From sequence record MK514281.1: a stretch of 64,000 nt of DNA, one strand, 5' to 3'. Shown one piece after another: positions 37,599-50,745 of this stretch; position 1 is the first letter of the stretch; each line of letters begins with the position of its first letter. A model generated the notes under the pieces. That model did not search any database, was not told the DNA's origin, and saw only the letters and a list, made by a program, of their open reading frames with translations. Made by a program: the position numbers and the translations under genes.

Positions 37599-38984
37599 AT
37601 GTCTTTACACCAAAAGCTCCTCTCTGCCGGGCTGGAGGCGTTTGATGCGCCTCCGGCTGCTCCGGTAGTAGCGGCAGTAGTACCTGCTCCATTTGATAAC
37701 AACGCCCCGGTTAGCGAAGACCCGGAACTGATTCGTGAAGAGACTGCCGCTCGTTTAGCGCTCGTGTCGATCATCGAAGCGGAACGTGACGAAGAAGACT
37801 CGCGGTCAGCGGTTTACGAACTGCGTCGTCTGTCTGATGGTTTGGAAGGGTTGATGGTTGAGATTCAAAACGTCAACAACCCAGAAGAACCGACTGAAGA
37901 CGAAATGGCGATGTTGAAAGCCACCGCCCAGCAAGTACGTAAAGAGCTGCTGGAAGATGGTGAGCAAGAACTCGTCATCAATGTCGAAAACGGCATTCTG
38001 GTTGGTTCACAGGAAGGTCTGGCTGATGCCCTCAGTAATGTGGCGAAGAAGATCGGTTTTGCATTAGGTAATGCAGCGAAAGGTTTACTGAGCAAAGGCG
38101 AGCAGGCGAAAGCGCCGTTGTCTTATAACCGTAAACTGGCAGCTGAACTGAAAGCGAAAATCGATAAGCTCGGCACGACAGAATTTGACTTTACCATGCC
38201 AGCTGATCTGGTCCGTCAGATTCGTGTGAGCGATACCGGTCCGGTTGATGCACTCAAAGCAGTAGCAGACTTCCCGGCAGCACTTGATGCCTGGTATCTG
38301 ACCCCTGCTGATGCAGCAATGAACCTGTTTGAAAAACACGCCAACATCGTGCAGGCGATTGCCGGTAGCAAGACTCTCGAAGAGTTCAACACGAACTATG
38401 CGAAACTGAGCTCACTGGCACCACCGCTGCCTGCAGGCGCTAAACGCCTTGATCCGATTAACACGCGGGATTATATCTTCGATGTTAATGAACATCACCC
38501 AAGTATGGGTCGTGTGGCTCGCTACTATTATGTTGCGCGTCCGGATGTGGGTAAAACGCCTGAAGATAAAGCGCTGGATAATGTCATTGCTTTGGCGCAG
38601 TATTCGACCGGGATCTATCCGTTCGATAAGATCTCTAAACGCAAAGCAACTGATGAGCAGGTGAAGTTCAGCGCGGCTGAAGTCAAAGGCTTGCTGGATG
38701 ACATGCTGAAAGCGTGTGACGTGGTTGATAAGTACCTTTCACGTCTTGCAGTCGCCAGCACAATGGATAAGCGCTACAACGCTCTGGTTGATTTACTCAA
38801 CAGCGACTTGCGTAAACAAGAGTGGTGTTCCACAGAAGTCAACCGCATGGCACGCGTTGCGTTGATCTCAATGGATGCGTATTATTCATACGGGTTTGCT
38901 TATACCAGTCGTGCTTACGAGCTGATGGAGGTGATCGTCAAGTTGGTGAAGAAAGCCGTGTATAAATCTGACCTCAGTAAGTAA
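37599..38984 (+). CDS. Inner head protein paralogue
   Basis: SAGLE/AF; acidic propeptide; GSQE/G. Confidence 0.75.
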   Translation: MSLHQKLLSAGLEAFDAPPAAPVVAAVVPAPFDNNAPVSEDPELIREETAARLALVSIIEAERDEEDSRSAVYELRRLSDGLEGLMVEIQNVNNPEEPTEDEMAMLKATAQQVRKELLEDGEQELVINVENGILVGSQEGLADALSNVAKKIGFALGNAAKGLLSKGEQAKAPLSYNRKLAAELKAKIDKLGTTEFDFTMPADLVRQIRVSDTGPVDALKAVADFPAALDAWYLTPADAAMNLFEKHANIVQAIAGSKTLEEFNTNYAKLSSLAPPLPAGAKRLDPINTRDYIFDVNEHHPSMGRVARYYYVARPDVGKTPEDKALDNVIALAQYSTGIYPFDKISKRKATDEQVKFSAAEVKGLLDDMLKACDVVDKYLSRLAVASTMDKRYNALVDLLNSDLRKQEWCSTEVNRMARVALISMDAYYSYGFAYTSRAYELMEVIVKLVKKAVYKSDLSK

Positions 38985-38995
38985 ACGGAGAAAAC

Positions 38996-40366
38996 ATGTC
39001 CGCGATTAATGACTTTCTATTTACTGCGGGCATGGAGGGGTTTAACGACCCCTCCTCTATACCGCCCGTTGGTATAGTTGTGCCCTTTTTTGGTGTTGAA
39101 GAGTTCGCCGAAGCGGATGCTGAACAATCTGTACGTATGACAGAGATGAACCAGCAAGCCGAAGCAATTCAACGCCTGCAACAAACGCTGGTCTACATCA
39201 ACGCTCACCGTCCGACCTTTGACCGTGAGAATGCTGCCGTCGTGCAGCAAGCACTGGGTGAAGTGCAGGTACTGATGCCCGACATGGAAGACCCGGTCAC
39301 CATCATGGGGTCGCTGGAGCATTATACGCCGGCTTACACCAACCACCTGCTTGCGCACGGTATTGAAGGCATTGGTGATAAGATCCTGAGCGTGGTCAAG
39401 AAGATCATCGAACTCTTGAAGAAAGGTTATGCCTTCTTGAGTAAAGCCATCCAGGCAAAGGGTGTGGTCTTCGGTAAACAGAAGCGCGAACTCGATGACC
39501 TCAATGCGTGGTTTAAAGAGCAACGCAAAAGCAACGATAAGCCCGCTACCACCACCGGCAATGAACCTAAGGTTGTTACGGTCACTGCCCCGACCTATCT
39601 GTACACCGTCGACAGTAACAAACCGTTAGCGGCAGATCGCTTAGCAAGCGAAGTGGCAAAGTACAACAAATTCCTGCAGGCCTTCTCGGTTGATTTCATC
39701 CGGGCGCATATTACCCTGGGCGATCTCTATATTCGTGCACTGGGTAGTCTGGATATTGCCAGTACCAGTAACGAAGAGTTGTTCACCAAGATGTTTAAGG
39801 GTCAGTTTAAATACCAGGCCTCGGGTGCATCGCTGTACACCAAACGCAACGGCGAAATGTGTGATATCGAAACAGTTGGGTTGATTGGCGGGATTGGCTT
39901 TAAAGCCTCCATCGCGAATATCCTGGTCGCACCGCTTGAGATGACTGCAGACGGTTCTAACCAGCGTAAGTTCTTCAAGCAGATGAACGGGTTATACAAC
40001 TACAGTTTTGTCTCCAAAATAAAAATGGATGGCAGTACGGTAGGGAATACCCCAATCTATGCTTGCAGTCTCGCTGACGCTGAGCGGCTGGTGAATCAAC
40101 TTGATATGTTGACCAACTGGATGATTAACAGTCAACACGACGAAGAGATCCGTGACTTTAATAAGCGGGTGACTGAGTGTGTGGATAAGCTGGCTGATCG
40201 TGCCGGTCGTCTGGGTAATGACCGCAGTGATTTTATCACTACTGTGATCAACGCTTTGTCTGGTATCTCCAGTGGTCTGGAAAATGTGTCCCGTGGTATG
40301 AATCAGCAAACGAACACATTGATCAACAACTTGCGTGAGTACGTTACCAAATCCACGAAAGCGTAA
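38996..40366 (+). CDS. Inner head protein paralogue
   Basis: TAGME/GF; GSLE/H; HGIE/G. Confidence 0.75.
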   Translation: MSAINDFLFTAGMEGFNDPSSIPPVGIVVPFFGVEEFAEADAEQSVRMTEMNQQAEAIQRLQQTLVYINAHRPTFDRENAAVVQQALGEVQVLMPDMEDPVTIMGSLEHYTPAYTNHLLAHGIEGIGDKILSVVKKIIELLKKGYAFLSKAIQAKGVVFGKQKRELDDLNAWFKEQRKSNDKPATTTGNEPKVVTVTAPTYLYTVDSNKPLAADRLASEVAKYNKFLQAFSVDFIRAHITLGDLYIRALGSLDIASTSNEELFTKMFKGQFKYQASGASLYTKRNGEMCDIETVGLIGGIGFKASIANILVAPLEMTADGSNQRKFFKQMNGLYNYSFVSKIKMDGSTVGNTPIYACSLADAERLVNQLDMLTNWMINSQHDEEIRDFNKRVTECVDKLADRAGRLGNDRSDFITTVINALSGISSGLENVSRGMNQQTNTLINNLREYVTKSTKA

Positions 40367-40459
40367 ATTATTATATGTGTTAACGGCCCTGCAGGAAACG
40401 CGGGGCCTTATCACAATACGATCGTATTTAATTTCATGAAATTAAGGTAGAGACTCACT

Positions 40460-41815
40460 ATGTCTATTCAAGCATTTTTAAACCTCGGCGCCGAGGCTTT
40501 CGAAGACGCACCGGTAGTTGAAGAAGCACCGGTTGTGGTTGTTGCACCAGTACCAGAAGAAGTGATCGAGCTGATTGCTGAGCGTGATGATTCGAACATC
40601 GCCCTGGCTATTGCTCAGGATGCGGCGGCAATGTCTGCTGCTGAGCGTCAGGTGGAAGAGTTTGCTTCCGCAATCGAGCGCGTTGAAAATGTCCAGGCAT
40701 CAATGGAGCACTTCATCGAAGCGGGCCTGTCGCAGAAATCAGCAATGATGCTGCATCGCCAGATCTCAACAGTTATGGCATCTGTCGGCAAGGATGGCAG
40801 CGCCATCGGTGGCGGTCTGGAAAACTTCGACAACGAAGAAGCCAGCATTGCACTGCTGACCGCTGGTCTGGAAGCACTGGATGCCGAGAAAGCCGATCTG
40901 TCCTCCCGTGCCGGTGCATCTATTGCCGGTATCGCCGGTAACATTAAAAGCTTTCTGGGCAACATCAGTACTCAGGCCGGTCGTTATAAACTGCGTGCTG
41001 AAGCGATCGTTAAATCTGCTGACGGCGCTGAAGCCAAGTCCGGCACTGTTGAAGTAAAAGATAAACACCTGGTTGTAAAAGGCGGCAATCCATCAACTAA
41101 CCTGAAAGGCGATCTGGGTAACTTCAGCAAGCTGGTTGGTGCGGCAATCGCCACCTTCATCGAAGGCGATATCGTTAAAGAAGGCAGCGCTCTGGCAAAA
41201 GCTGGCGAGACCATCATTAAAGCGACTACCGCTGATGTGGCAGTGAAAGCCGCAATGGGTGTGAAACACAATCCATTCCCGGGCGCAACCATCGCAGTGC
41301 AGGACAAAGACACCTTCAGTATCAAACGTACTGAAGTGGTTCTCGGCGGCTATGCGGTATTCGATCTGCAATATAAAGCCACCGGCGGCGAAGGTGCTGA
41401 AGCAGCTGTTGCGCATCTGAATGCACTGAGCAAAAACCGCGTTACTCTTCGTCAGGCTCCGGTTGAAGCTGGTAGCGAGAAAGTATTCTCTGCCACTATG
41501 TCTCCGGCCGATGGCGCAGCACTGGCGAAAGATGTTATCGCAATGCTGGACAACATCACAGCGGTCAATAACCGTAGCCTGGGTGCGGTAAGTGGCGCAC
41601 TGGCCCGTCTGGGTACCAGCGTTGTGTTGAAAGGTGCTGTGGCGAAAGACGCAGACAAAGACGTGAAGAAAATTGCTGGCGCCATGGGTAAAACCCTGGT
41701 TGGTTCTATCCAGGCTGTTAACAGTCTGCCACGCGATGCCCTGAGCGCTGCGCTGAAAGTGTCTGATGCTGTACTGAAAGTTGCTAAGAAAGCTGCTGCA
41801 GGTCAAGTAGACTAA
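40460..41815 (+). CDS. High-copy inner head protein paralogue
   Basis: LGAE/AF; SME/H; GGLE/N; AGLE/A; strongly optimised codons; own leader and terminator. Confidence 0.8.
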   Translation: MSIQAFLNLGAEAFEDAPVVEEAPVVVVAPVPEEVIELIAERDDSNIALAIAQDAAAMSAAERQVEEFASAIERVENVQASMEHFIEAGLSQKSAMMLHRQISTVMASVGKDGSAIGGGLENFDNEEASIALLTAGLEALDAEKADLSSRAGASIAGIAGNIKSFLGNISTQAGRYKLRAEAIVKSADGAEAKSGTVEVKDKHLVVKGGNPSTNLKGDLGNFSKLVGAAIATFIEGDIVKEGSALAKAGETIIKATTADVAVKAAMGVKHNPFPGATIAVQDKDTFSIKRTEVVLGGYAVFDLQYKATGGEGAEAAVAHLNALSKNRVTLRQAPVEAGSEKVFSATMSPADGAALAKDVIAMLDNITAVNNRSLGAVSGALARLGTSVVLKGAVAKDADKDVKKIAGAMGKTLVGSIQAVNSLPRDALSAALKVSDAVLKVAKKAAAGQVD

Positions 41816-41835
41816 TCGAGTAACTTGACAACCTT

Positions 41836-41869
41836 AGGGGGAGAGGGGTTTCCCTCTCCTCTTATACCG
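41836..41869 (+). terminator. Hairpin + TTATACCG
   Basis: aggggga-gaggg-gttt-ccctc-tcctc-ttataccg. Confidence 0.6.
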
Positions 41870-41886
41870 ACCAAGAAGGTGAATGC

Positions 41887-44229
41887 ATGTCAACCATGAC
41901 AGAACTGGGTCCGTCACAAGGCACACTCCTTGCGGATGAGAAAGCAGTACACGATGACGCGGCCACCGAAGCCACCGAAGTTGCACTCCACGTATTAAAG
42001 AAGATTGGTAAGAAGAAAGAGAAAGATGACGAGGATGAAGAGGCCGTGCTCTCCTTTGGTAGCGAAGGCTATGCCATGCTCACCAGTATGTCATTTGATC
42101 TGACTGAGAACTCCGATCTGGCAGTACAGGAACTCCTGGATAAGATCACCACCATCGTCATTGAAGCAAATGGCAATCTCACGCAGAAAGATCTGGAGAA
42201 GATCAAGAGTGTGGGGAATGAGTCGTTGTTAGGCGATGGGAATGAAGACTATAAAGAAGTCGTCACCATGGTTATGAAACGGATCATGCAATTCATTCGC
42301 TGGGCGATCAACCAGGGTAAGGAAGGGATCAAACGGGTTGCTGACCGCTTGAGTCGTCTGAGCGTGAAGACGATGTATGTTGAGCGTAAGATCGATATCT
42401 CCACTGACAACTCATTACCGACTGACAAGTTTGTGTTACCGCGCAGCTACCCGATGCTGATGATGGTGAACAAACCACCGGCCAATGCCATGGAAGTGAT
42501 CAATGCCGTCAACCGCACCAAGTATCTCTTCACCACGCTACATAACGACTACCAAGGCTTCCAGGCGTTGTTTAAGGCAGCGGTAGCCACTGGCTCTCGA
42601 GCTGACACCTTAGAGATGATCAACAACTATCTCAACGGACTGATCAGTAAGCTCTCAGCACGCCCTAACCCACTGTTCGATAACCGCAATACCTTTAACC
42701 AGTTACCAGGCGGGTATCGTCTGGTGTTCTCAGAAGGTCAGTCGTTTGCGGATTGTGGGGCAACGATCCTGCGTACGCCGGAGAAATATGAAGCCGCACC
42801 GGCGGTTCAGCGTCCAGATAAAGCGAGCCTGGTACGGTTGGTCAGTGAGATCAAAACCTACCTGCGGGTGATTAACGAAGTCTACGGTAAAGTCTCCAGT
42901 CGGTTGGAGGTTGATTTCCGTAACATCGTGAAAGCCGCTGAGAAAGAAGTGAAGGGGTTTGATTCAACAGCAGATATCCGCACTGCCTCGACCACCATCG
43001 AATGGTTCACCGAACAGCAGTCACGCCTGTATACCCGCTCAATGATGCTCTCTTGTACGGTATTGAATGCCGCGCTTGATTACTGTCTGGGTGCCATTGG
43101 GGCGAAACCGGCTGTCGGGACCGAAAGCTTTGATATCCTTGATACCTCATCAATGGGTTATGCGATCGAGTCGCTGGGCGAGCAAATGGAACGGCTTGAC
43201 GCTGGCTTGTGTGAACTGGAGATCGATGCCCGTACTATGCAGTCGATTACCGATGTCAAAGAGATGGTAGATGTCGATAACGATCACGTCATCCAGCTTC
43301 TGATGCAGCAGCGCCCAAGCAGCTATTTCAATCCACCGGATGGGTTGTCAGAGTACTCGCTGGGTGATGCCTTTAACGGCAGTGCTACGGCACGTTATAT
43401 TGGCAGGCGTTTAACCAGTATCGTTAACCTCACGAATCAGCTCTCAGGCACCACGGATTTGATGAAAGGGTTATTGGCTGAAATGCCAACGGGTGAGATC
43501 AAGCCAGGCAGTGATGCGGATGTAATCGAGCGTAACTCGTTGCTTGACCGGGAGATGTTTGAAGGTCATCCCCTGTGTGCGTTCCTGCATCGGGTAGACC
43601 GGGAAGGTATCTACGCCACCGATGTGATTCGCTATGTTACTGACACCTATGAGAAACTGCGTCAAGTGCGCACGACTCTGGCGGTTCAGGCTGAGCAGAT
43701 GACACTAACAGTGGCTGATGGCGAGATGAACGTGAGCTTGTTGAAAGAGTTCCTGTTTAACGCCCCTCAGGAGCCCTTCACGGACAGCATGCTCTGTGGT
43801 GGATTCAGACTACAACCTGTAGCAGAAAAGCTCGGAGAACTCGTTATACACGGTGCTGTGATGGATTCCCCTCCACCACTGAAACCGATGACGACTATCC
43901 ATCGCCCAAGCTACGACGAGTATAATGGTGTCAACCAGTTGGCAAGCCTGTTCGGTAATGAGCTGCGGGAACTGGCTAAGATCGCAGAGCGGTTACAAAT
44001 CGGCACAGGGTATTTGCGCTACATCACAACCTCAGTAGCGGACAACCTCAATGAGGATGGCTTGAAAGGGGGTGGTGATGGTTGGTTCAATACTGCACTT
44101 GAGTACTTGGCGGTGTCAGCACGCCAGTATCGCTGGATGTATCGTCTAACCGTTCAGTTGGTGGTGTATGAGCACACCATGATCAATGCCCTGCGTCACT
44201 ACAACAACTCAGGAGGCTGGCATGACTGA
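41887..44229 (+). CDS. Large processed head protein, apparently two tandem internal-protein-like domains
   Basis: FGSE/G, VGNE/S, internal VGTE/S and YAIE/S; LPGGYRL vs LCGGFRL. Confidence 0.7.
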   Translation: MSTMTELGPSQGTLLADEKAVHDDAATEATEVALHVLKKIGKKKEKDDEDEEAVLSFGSEGYAMLTSMSFDLTENSDLAVQELLDKITTIVIEANGNLTQKDLEKIKSVGNESLLGDGNEDYKEVVTMVMKRIMQFIRWAINQGKEGIKRVADRLSRLSVKTMYVERKIDISTDNSLPTDKFVLPRSYPMLMMVNKPPANAMEVINAVNRTKYLFTTLHNDYQGFQALFKAAVATGSRADTLEMINNYLNGLISKLSARPNPLFDNRNTFNQLPGGYRLVFSEGQSFADCGATILRTPEKYEAAPAVQRPDKASLVRLVSEIKTYLRVINEVYGKVSSRLEVDFRNIVKAAEKEVKGFDSTADIRTASTTIEWFTEQQSRLYTRSMMLSCTVLNAALDYCLGAIGAKPAVGTESFDILDTSSMGYAIESLGEQMERLDAGLCELEIDARTMQSITDVKEMVDVDNDHVIQLLMQQRPSSYFNPPDGLSEYSLGDAFNGSATARYIGRRLTSIVNLTNQLSGTTDLMKGLLAEMPTGEIKPGSDADVIERNSLLDREMFEGHPLCAFLHRVDREGIYATDVIRYVTDTYEKLRQVRTTLAVQAEQMTLTVADGEMNVSLLKEFLFNAPQEPFTDSMLCGGFRLQPVAEKLGELVIHGAVMDSPPPLKPMTTIHRPSYDEYNGVNQLASLFGNELRELAKIAERLQIGTGYLRYITTSVADNLNEDGLKGGGDGWFNTALEYLAVSARQYRWMYRLTVQLVVYEHTMINALRHYNNSGGWHD

Positions 44230-44569
44230 TAACAGTAACAAGGCGTTGTACAATGCAGCGCGCTTGCCTGTTCTTTACGAGTACCCGCATGACTTCACCC
44301 CGTATGCCCGTTTACTGGCTAACGAGAAGCAAGGCGCACAACCTTCGCAGGCGTTTGCTGAGATGCTGGCTAAGGTAACGGGCGATCCCTGGACACTGAC
44401 CCCTAAGCAACCGTATACCCTGTACGGTGCCAAGGTGACGTTGATTGGTGAGAACCAGCCCAACTTCCCAACCAGTAAACGGTTTCCTTACGTCCTGGTG
44501 TTGCAGTTGAGTACCCGGTATCAAGAACGCAAGTTATACCTGAGCTTTAAGATCTTGAAATCGAGCTGA
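44222..44569 (+). CDS. Putative small virion protein
   Basis: ATG 44222 behind aggagg, overlaps the upstream stop. Confidence 0.6.
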   Translation: MTDNSNKALYNAARLPVLYEYPHDFTPYARLLANEKQGAQPSQAFAEMLAKVTGDPWTLTPKQPYTLYGAKVTLIGENQPNFPTSKRFPYVLVLQLSTRYQERKLYLSFKILKSS

Positions 44570-44612
44570 GCATAAGGAGAGGGCGTTTGCCCTCTCCTCT
44601 ATGCCGTTATGC
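44570..44612. terminator. Bidirectional GCATAA-hairpin-TATGCCG
   Basis: gcataa-ggagagggc-gttt-gccctctcc-tc-tatgccg-ttatgc between convergent genes. Confidence 0.75.
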
Positions 44613-45308
44613 TTGTGGTGCTTCGCCACTGCCATCAGCTGGCGTGGTATCATCTTCACTGAACGTGTTGGGAATACGAGGCAGATCACCAATCACGGTT
44701 GCAGAGGTTACCGCGTTCTTGAAAGTCCAATAACGCTCAAGGTACGCATTATAAGACTCCAGCAGACGCTCAACCACGTCGATCACTTCAACCGGTAAGA
44801 GTTCAACCATTTGACCATCAACAGTACGCAGACGGAATTTGGTTTCATCGGATGCCCCGACACGTTTCTCACCGACCACACGCATACCCATCAGGTTAGC
44901 GCGTTCTTCAGCGGTCATCACCACTTTGTAGTCTGTGTTGTCGTGGGTAAATGCAATACCGGTGTTAAGATCATTACTGATGATCTCTTTGGCACTTTGC
45001 AGCGACATGTCTTTACCCATTGCCAGGTTGGCTGCGAGCTCTTCTTCGTTATAAGCCCGCACATCCCAGAACTGGTAATAAAGACCGTCATCACCTTTAA
45101 CCGGTGTGCCTTCGGTCACCACATCACCATCCGGCCGATCAACCATGTTGACCATGGCGTAAGGACGAGGAAGGTTCAGCAGCTTCTCAGACTCGATGGT
45201 GCTACCCCAGCTGGTCTGCATGTTGTCCTGGCGGGCATCATACATGTACTTCGGGTAAGCCATATCCTCGATACGGACGAGGGGTGTAGAATTCGTTACT
45301 GTAGTCAT
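44607..45308 (-). CDS. Tail-fibre assembly chaperone-like protein (DUF4376-like C-terminus)
   Basis: Directly downstream of the fibre; YPKY...RQDN; W.VRAYNEEELAA; FRLRTVDG. Confidence 0.6.
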   Translation of the reverse strand: MTTVTNSTPLVRIEDMAYPKYMYDARQDNMQTSWGSTIESEKLLNLPRPYAMVNMVDRPDGDVVTEGTPVKGDDGLYYQFWDVRAYNEEELAANLAMGKDMSLQSAKEIISNDLNTGIAFTHDNTDYKVVMTAEERANLMGMRVVGEKRVGASDETKFRLRTVDGQMVELLPVEVIDVVERLLESYNAYLERYWTFKNAVTSATVIGDLPRIPNTFSEDDTTPADGSGEAPQA

Positions 45309-45356
45309 TACGACTCCTTGAAGAATGCTGGGGCTTTCACCCCAGCACAGACGCCG

Positions 45357-48464
<3,108 letters not shown>

Positions 48465-48523
48465 TACAAACCTCTTTTAGTAACTATATTGCTGTTTAGT
48501 GTAAACGGGTTCACACTCGTGTG

Positions 48524-49057
48524 TTATGCCACGCTTTCAAGCTTCAGTGGCTGGCCGTCTTCAGTTGTGAGCCATTGACCACTTTCAGTCAGCAGGACAG
48601 GCTGCTGCGTCGCACCGGTGTTAATCAGTACCGCAAGGGTACCTTCATAGACGAGGCTACCTTGGAAGACGATGTCGTGCATGATACGACCTTCGCTGTC
48701 CGTGTTGTTCGCGTCAATGGTGCGATCTGAAATGTCATTGGCTGTGACCTGCAAGCCGTAACGACCGTTTAACGTCGCCAGCAGATCTTTAGTTGTGGAT
48801 GGAGTACTAACAGTGAGTTCTGGAACAATGCCAAAAAACAACGTCGATACCTTGAGTCGGTCGAGGTTGACGATATTGCTCCCAACGTACCCTTTGTCAG
48901 CTACAGCAATAACAGGGATGTCGGTATCGCGTTTACCCGCTCCTGTCACTGGCGTAGGGACACCAAAGTTAATTTGATCAGCCTGGATAGTAAGATTATT
49001 ATCCTGGTTAATTTGATCAACGATGATTTGGGCCGATGGCTGATTCAGGATGGTCAT
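48524..49057 (-). CDS. Fibre-associated virion protein
   Basis: 177 aa, first gene of the fibre operon; C-terminal LLTESGQWLTTEDGQPLKLE. Confidence 0.6.
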   Translation of the reverse strand: MTILNQPSAQIIVDQINQDNNLTIQADQINFGVPTPVTGAGKRDTDIPVIAVADKGYVGSNIVNLDRLKVSTLFFGIVPELTVSTPSTTKDLLATLNGRYGLQVTANDISDRTIDANNTDSEGRIMHDIVFQGSLVYEGTLAVLINTGATQQPVLLTESGQWLTTEDGQPLKLESVA

Positions 49058-49188
49058 ACTTTTCTCCCGTAAGCGCCGTTTCTGATGATCATATAATAAT
49101 TTCTTTTCTACAAAACTAACCTAATCAAATAGGTATTCTGTGGTGAAATCGTATAGACATTAAAAGAAAGGGGATTGAGGATTACATC

Positions 49189-50745
49189 ATGCCCATTGTG
49201 ACTGAAGCTACACCTGAGCAACACAAGTCGATTATTCGCCCGGTGGTCATTGAAGTCGTCAACCAGATTCTGCCTGTCATGCGCTTAAGGACTGACGACG
49301 AATTGATCTTCAATGGTTTTGCGGATATTGCCATGTTGTCAAATTCCATGATCGGTGTGAGCCGTAACCCTGACTCACCCATTCGACCACCGGGTCCAAG
49401 TCAGATCATGGTTAATATCGAGGAGAGTGCAACCAGCACCACCTCGCCTGAGATGGCAGTGCTTTATCCCGAGAACCGGTTTATCATGCGTGATGCTCGC
49501 CTGGGGATTGGTATCCGTCCGGTTCGTAAACGCACCTTACTCAACATCACCTTTAATAAACGTTTCCGCTCCAAAGCCGCCGCTGACCGCTGGCATTCCA
49601 ACATGGAACAGTTGATGGCCCGTTATGTGCAGGATTATATCCACACCCTGGATTACCACTACAACATCCCCGACGGTATGTTGGTGATGCTCAGTGAGTT
49701 CTGGAAGCTGCGTGAAGCACAAGCGCCGTATAACCAGAACTTCGGTGAATGGCTCTCCTCGTGCATGGCGCCGTACCAGACGGTTACCACTAACCAGGCG
49801 GGTAAACAAGCACAGTTGTCATTTGCTGAATCGTTAGATAACGTGCAGGGGTGGTGGGATTTCGATGTGGTGCCCTACCCGGTCCGTGAGAACACCCGTG
49901 GGAACTGGCAAGTCACCTTCGATTACAAAGTCGAATTTGATAAGGTAATTGAATTGGTGATGAACTACCCGATCATCATTCATAACCAGATGCTTCCTCC
50001 GGAGATGATCCCTCAGCCACGCTTGCCGAGCTATCGCAACAAGGTATATCAGAAGAACGCGATGATGTATCGGGCCGAAGCCGTGCAACAGGAAGTAGAG
50101 CCAGCAAACTACAGCTTGCGTGATTACCTGTGCTACCCGGTGTACGACGACTGGATACCGGAATACATCCCGCCGTATCAGATCGTGCAATACACTGCCC
50201 AGCTTGCTGTTGATCCGGCTGACCTACGGTTGGTGGTTAACTTAAAAGAGTTGGGGGATTATGAGTTCACGGGAGCGGCACTGGAGTACTTGCGCTATGT
50301 GAAAAACCGGGCTTTCGTCAATACCCGTTCGGTGATTCAGCTGAAGGTGTATGAAGAGGATGTGCTGATCGATTCGGATAAGCTCACCCTGGACAGTAAC
50401 CTGGATGTGCACTGTACTTTTGATCTGAACCTGCGTAAATCTTACCACATCATGGTCACCATCGACTCCGACCTGGCAAAGCTGTCTGAACAGACCGTCA
50501 GTGAGTTAAAAGAAGATGGCTGGTTTACTGAGAATGTCTTGCAGGTGATCTATCCGCAGTATCTCAATACGCCGGTTTGGCCAAAACCCAATGACCGGGG
50601 GACGATCTCGGATCTTGCCTGGGATCGGTTTGTGGCGGCACTCTACCCGACCAACCAATGGTACCGCAAGCCGGACATCGCCCAGCTAACGATTGGACAG
50701 TTTACCATTCTTGCTAAGAAGAGAAACGATCATGGCTATCGCTAA
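49189..50745 (+). CDS. Virion structural protein (tail/baseplate region)
   Basis: 518 aa, gagga RBS; start of a conserved four-gene block; synteny. Confidence 0.6.
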   Translation: MPIVTEATPEQHKSIIRPVVIEVVNQILPVMRLRTDDELIFNGFADIAMLSNSMIGVSRNPDSPIRPPGPSQIMVNIEESATSTTSPEMAVLYPENRFIMRDARLGIGIRPVRKRTLLNITFNKRFRSKAAADRWHSNMEQLMARYVQDYIHTLDYHYNIPDGMLVMLSEFWKLREAQAPYNQNFGEWLSSCMAPYQTVTTNQAGKQAQLSFAESLDNVQGWWDFDVVPYPVRENTRGNWQVTFDYKVEFDKVIELVMNYPIIIHNQMLPPEMIPQPRLPSYRNKVYQKNAMMYRAEAVQQEVEPANYSLRDYLCYPVYDDWIPEYIPPYQIVQYTAQLAVDPADLRLVVNLKELGDYEFTGAALEYLRYVKNRAFVNTRSVIQLKVYEEDVLIDSDKLTLDSNLDVHCTFDLNLRKSYHIMVTIDSDLAKLSEQTVSELKEDGWFTENVLQVIYPQYLNTPVWPKPNDRGTISDLAWDRFVAALYPTNQWYRKPDIAQLTIGQFTILAKKRNDHGYR

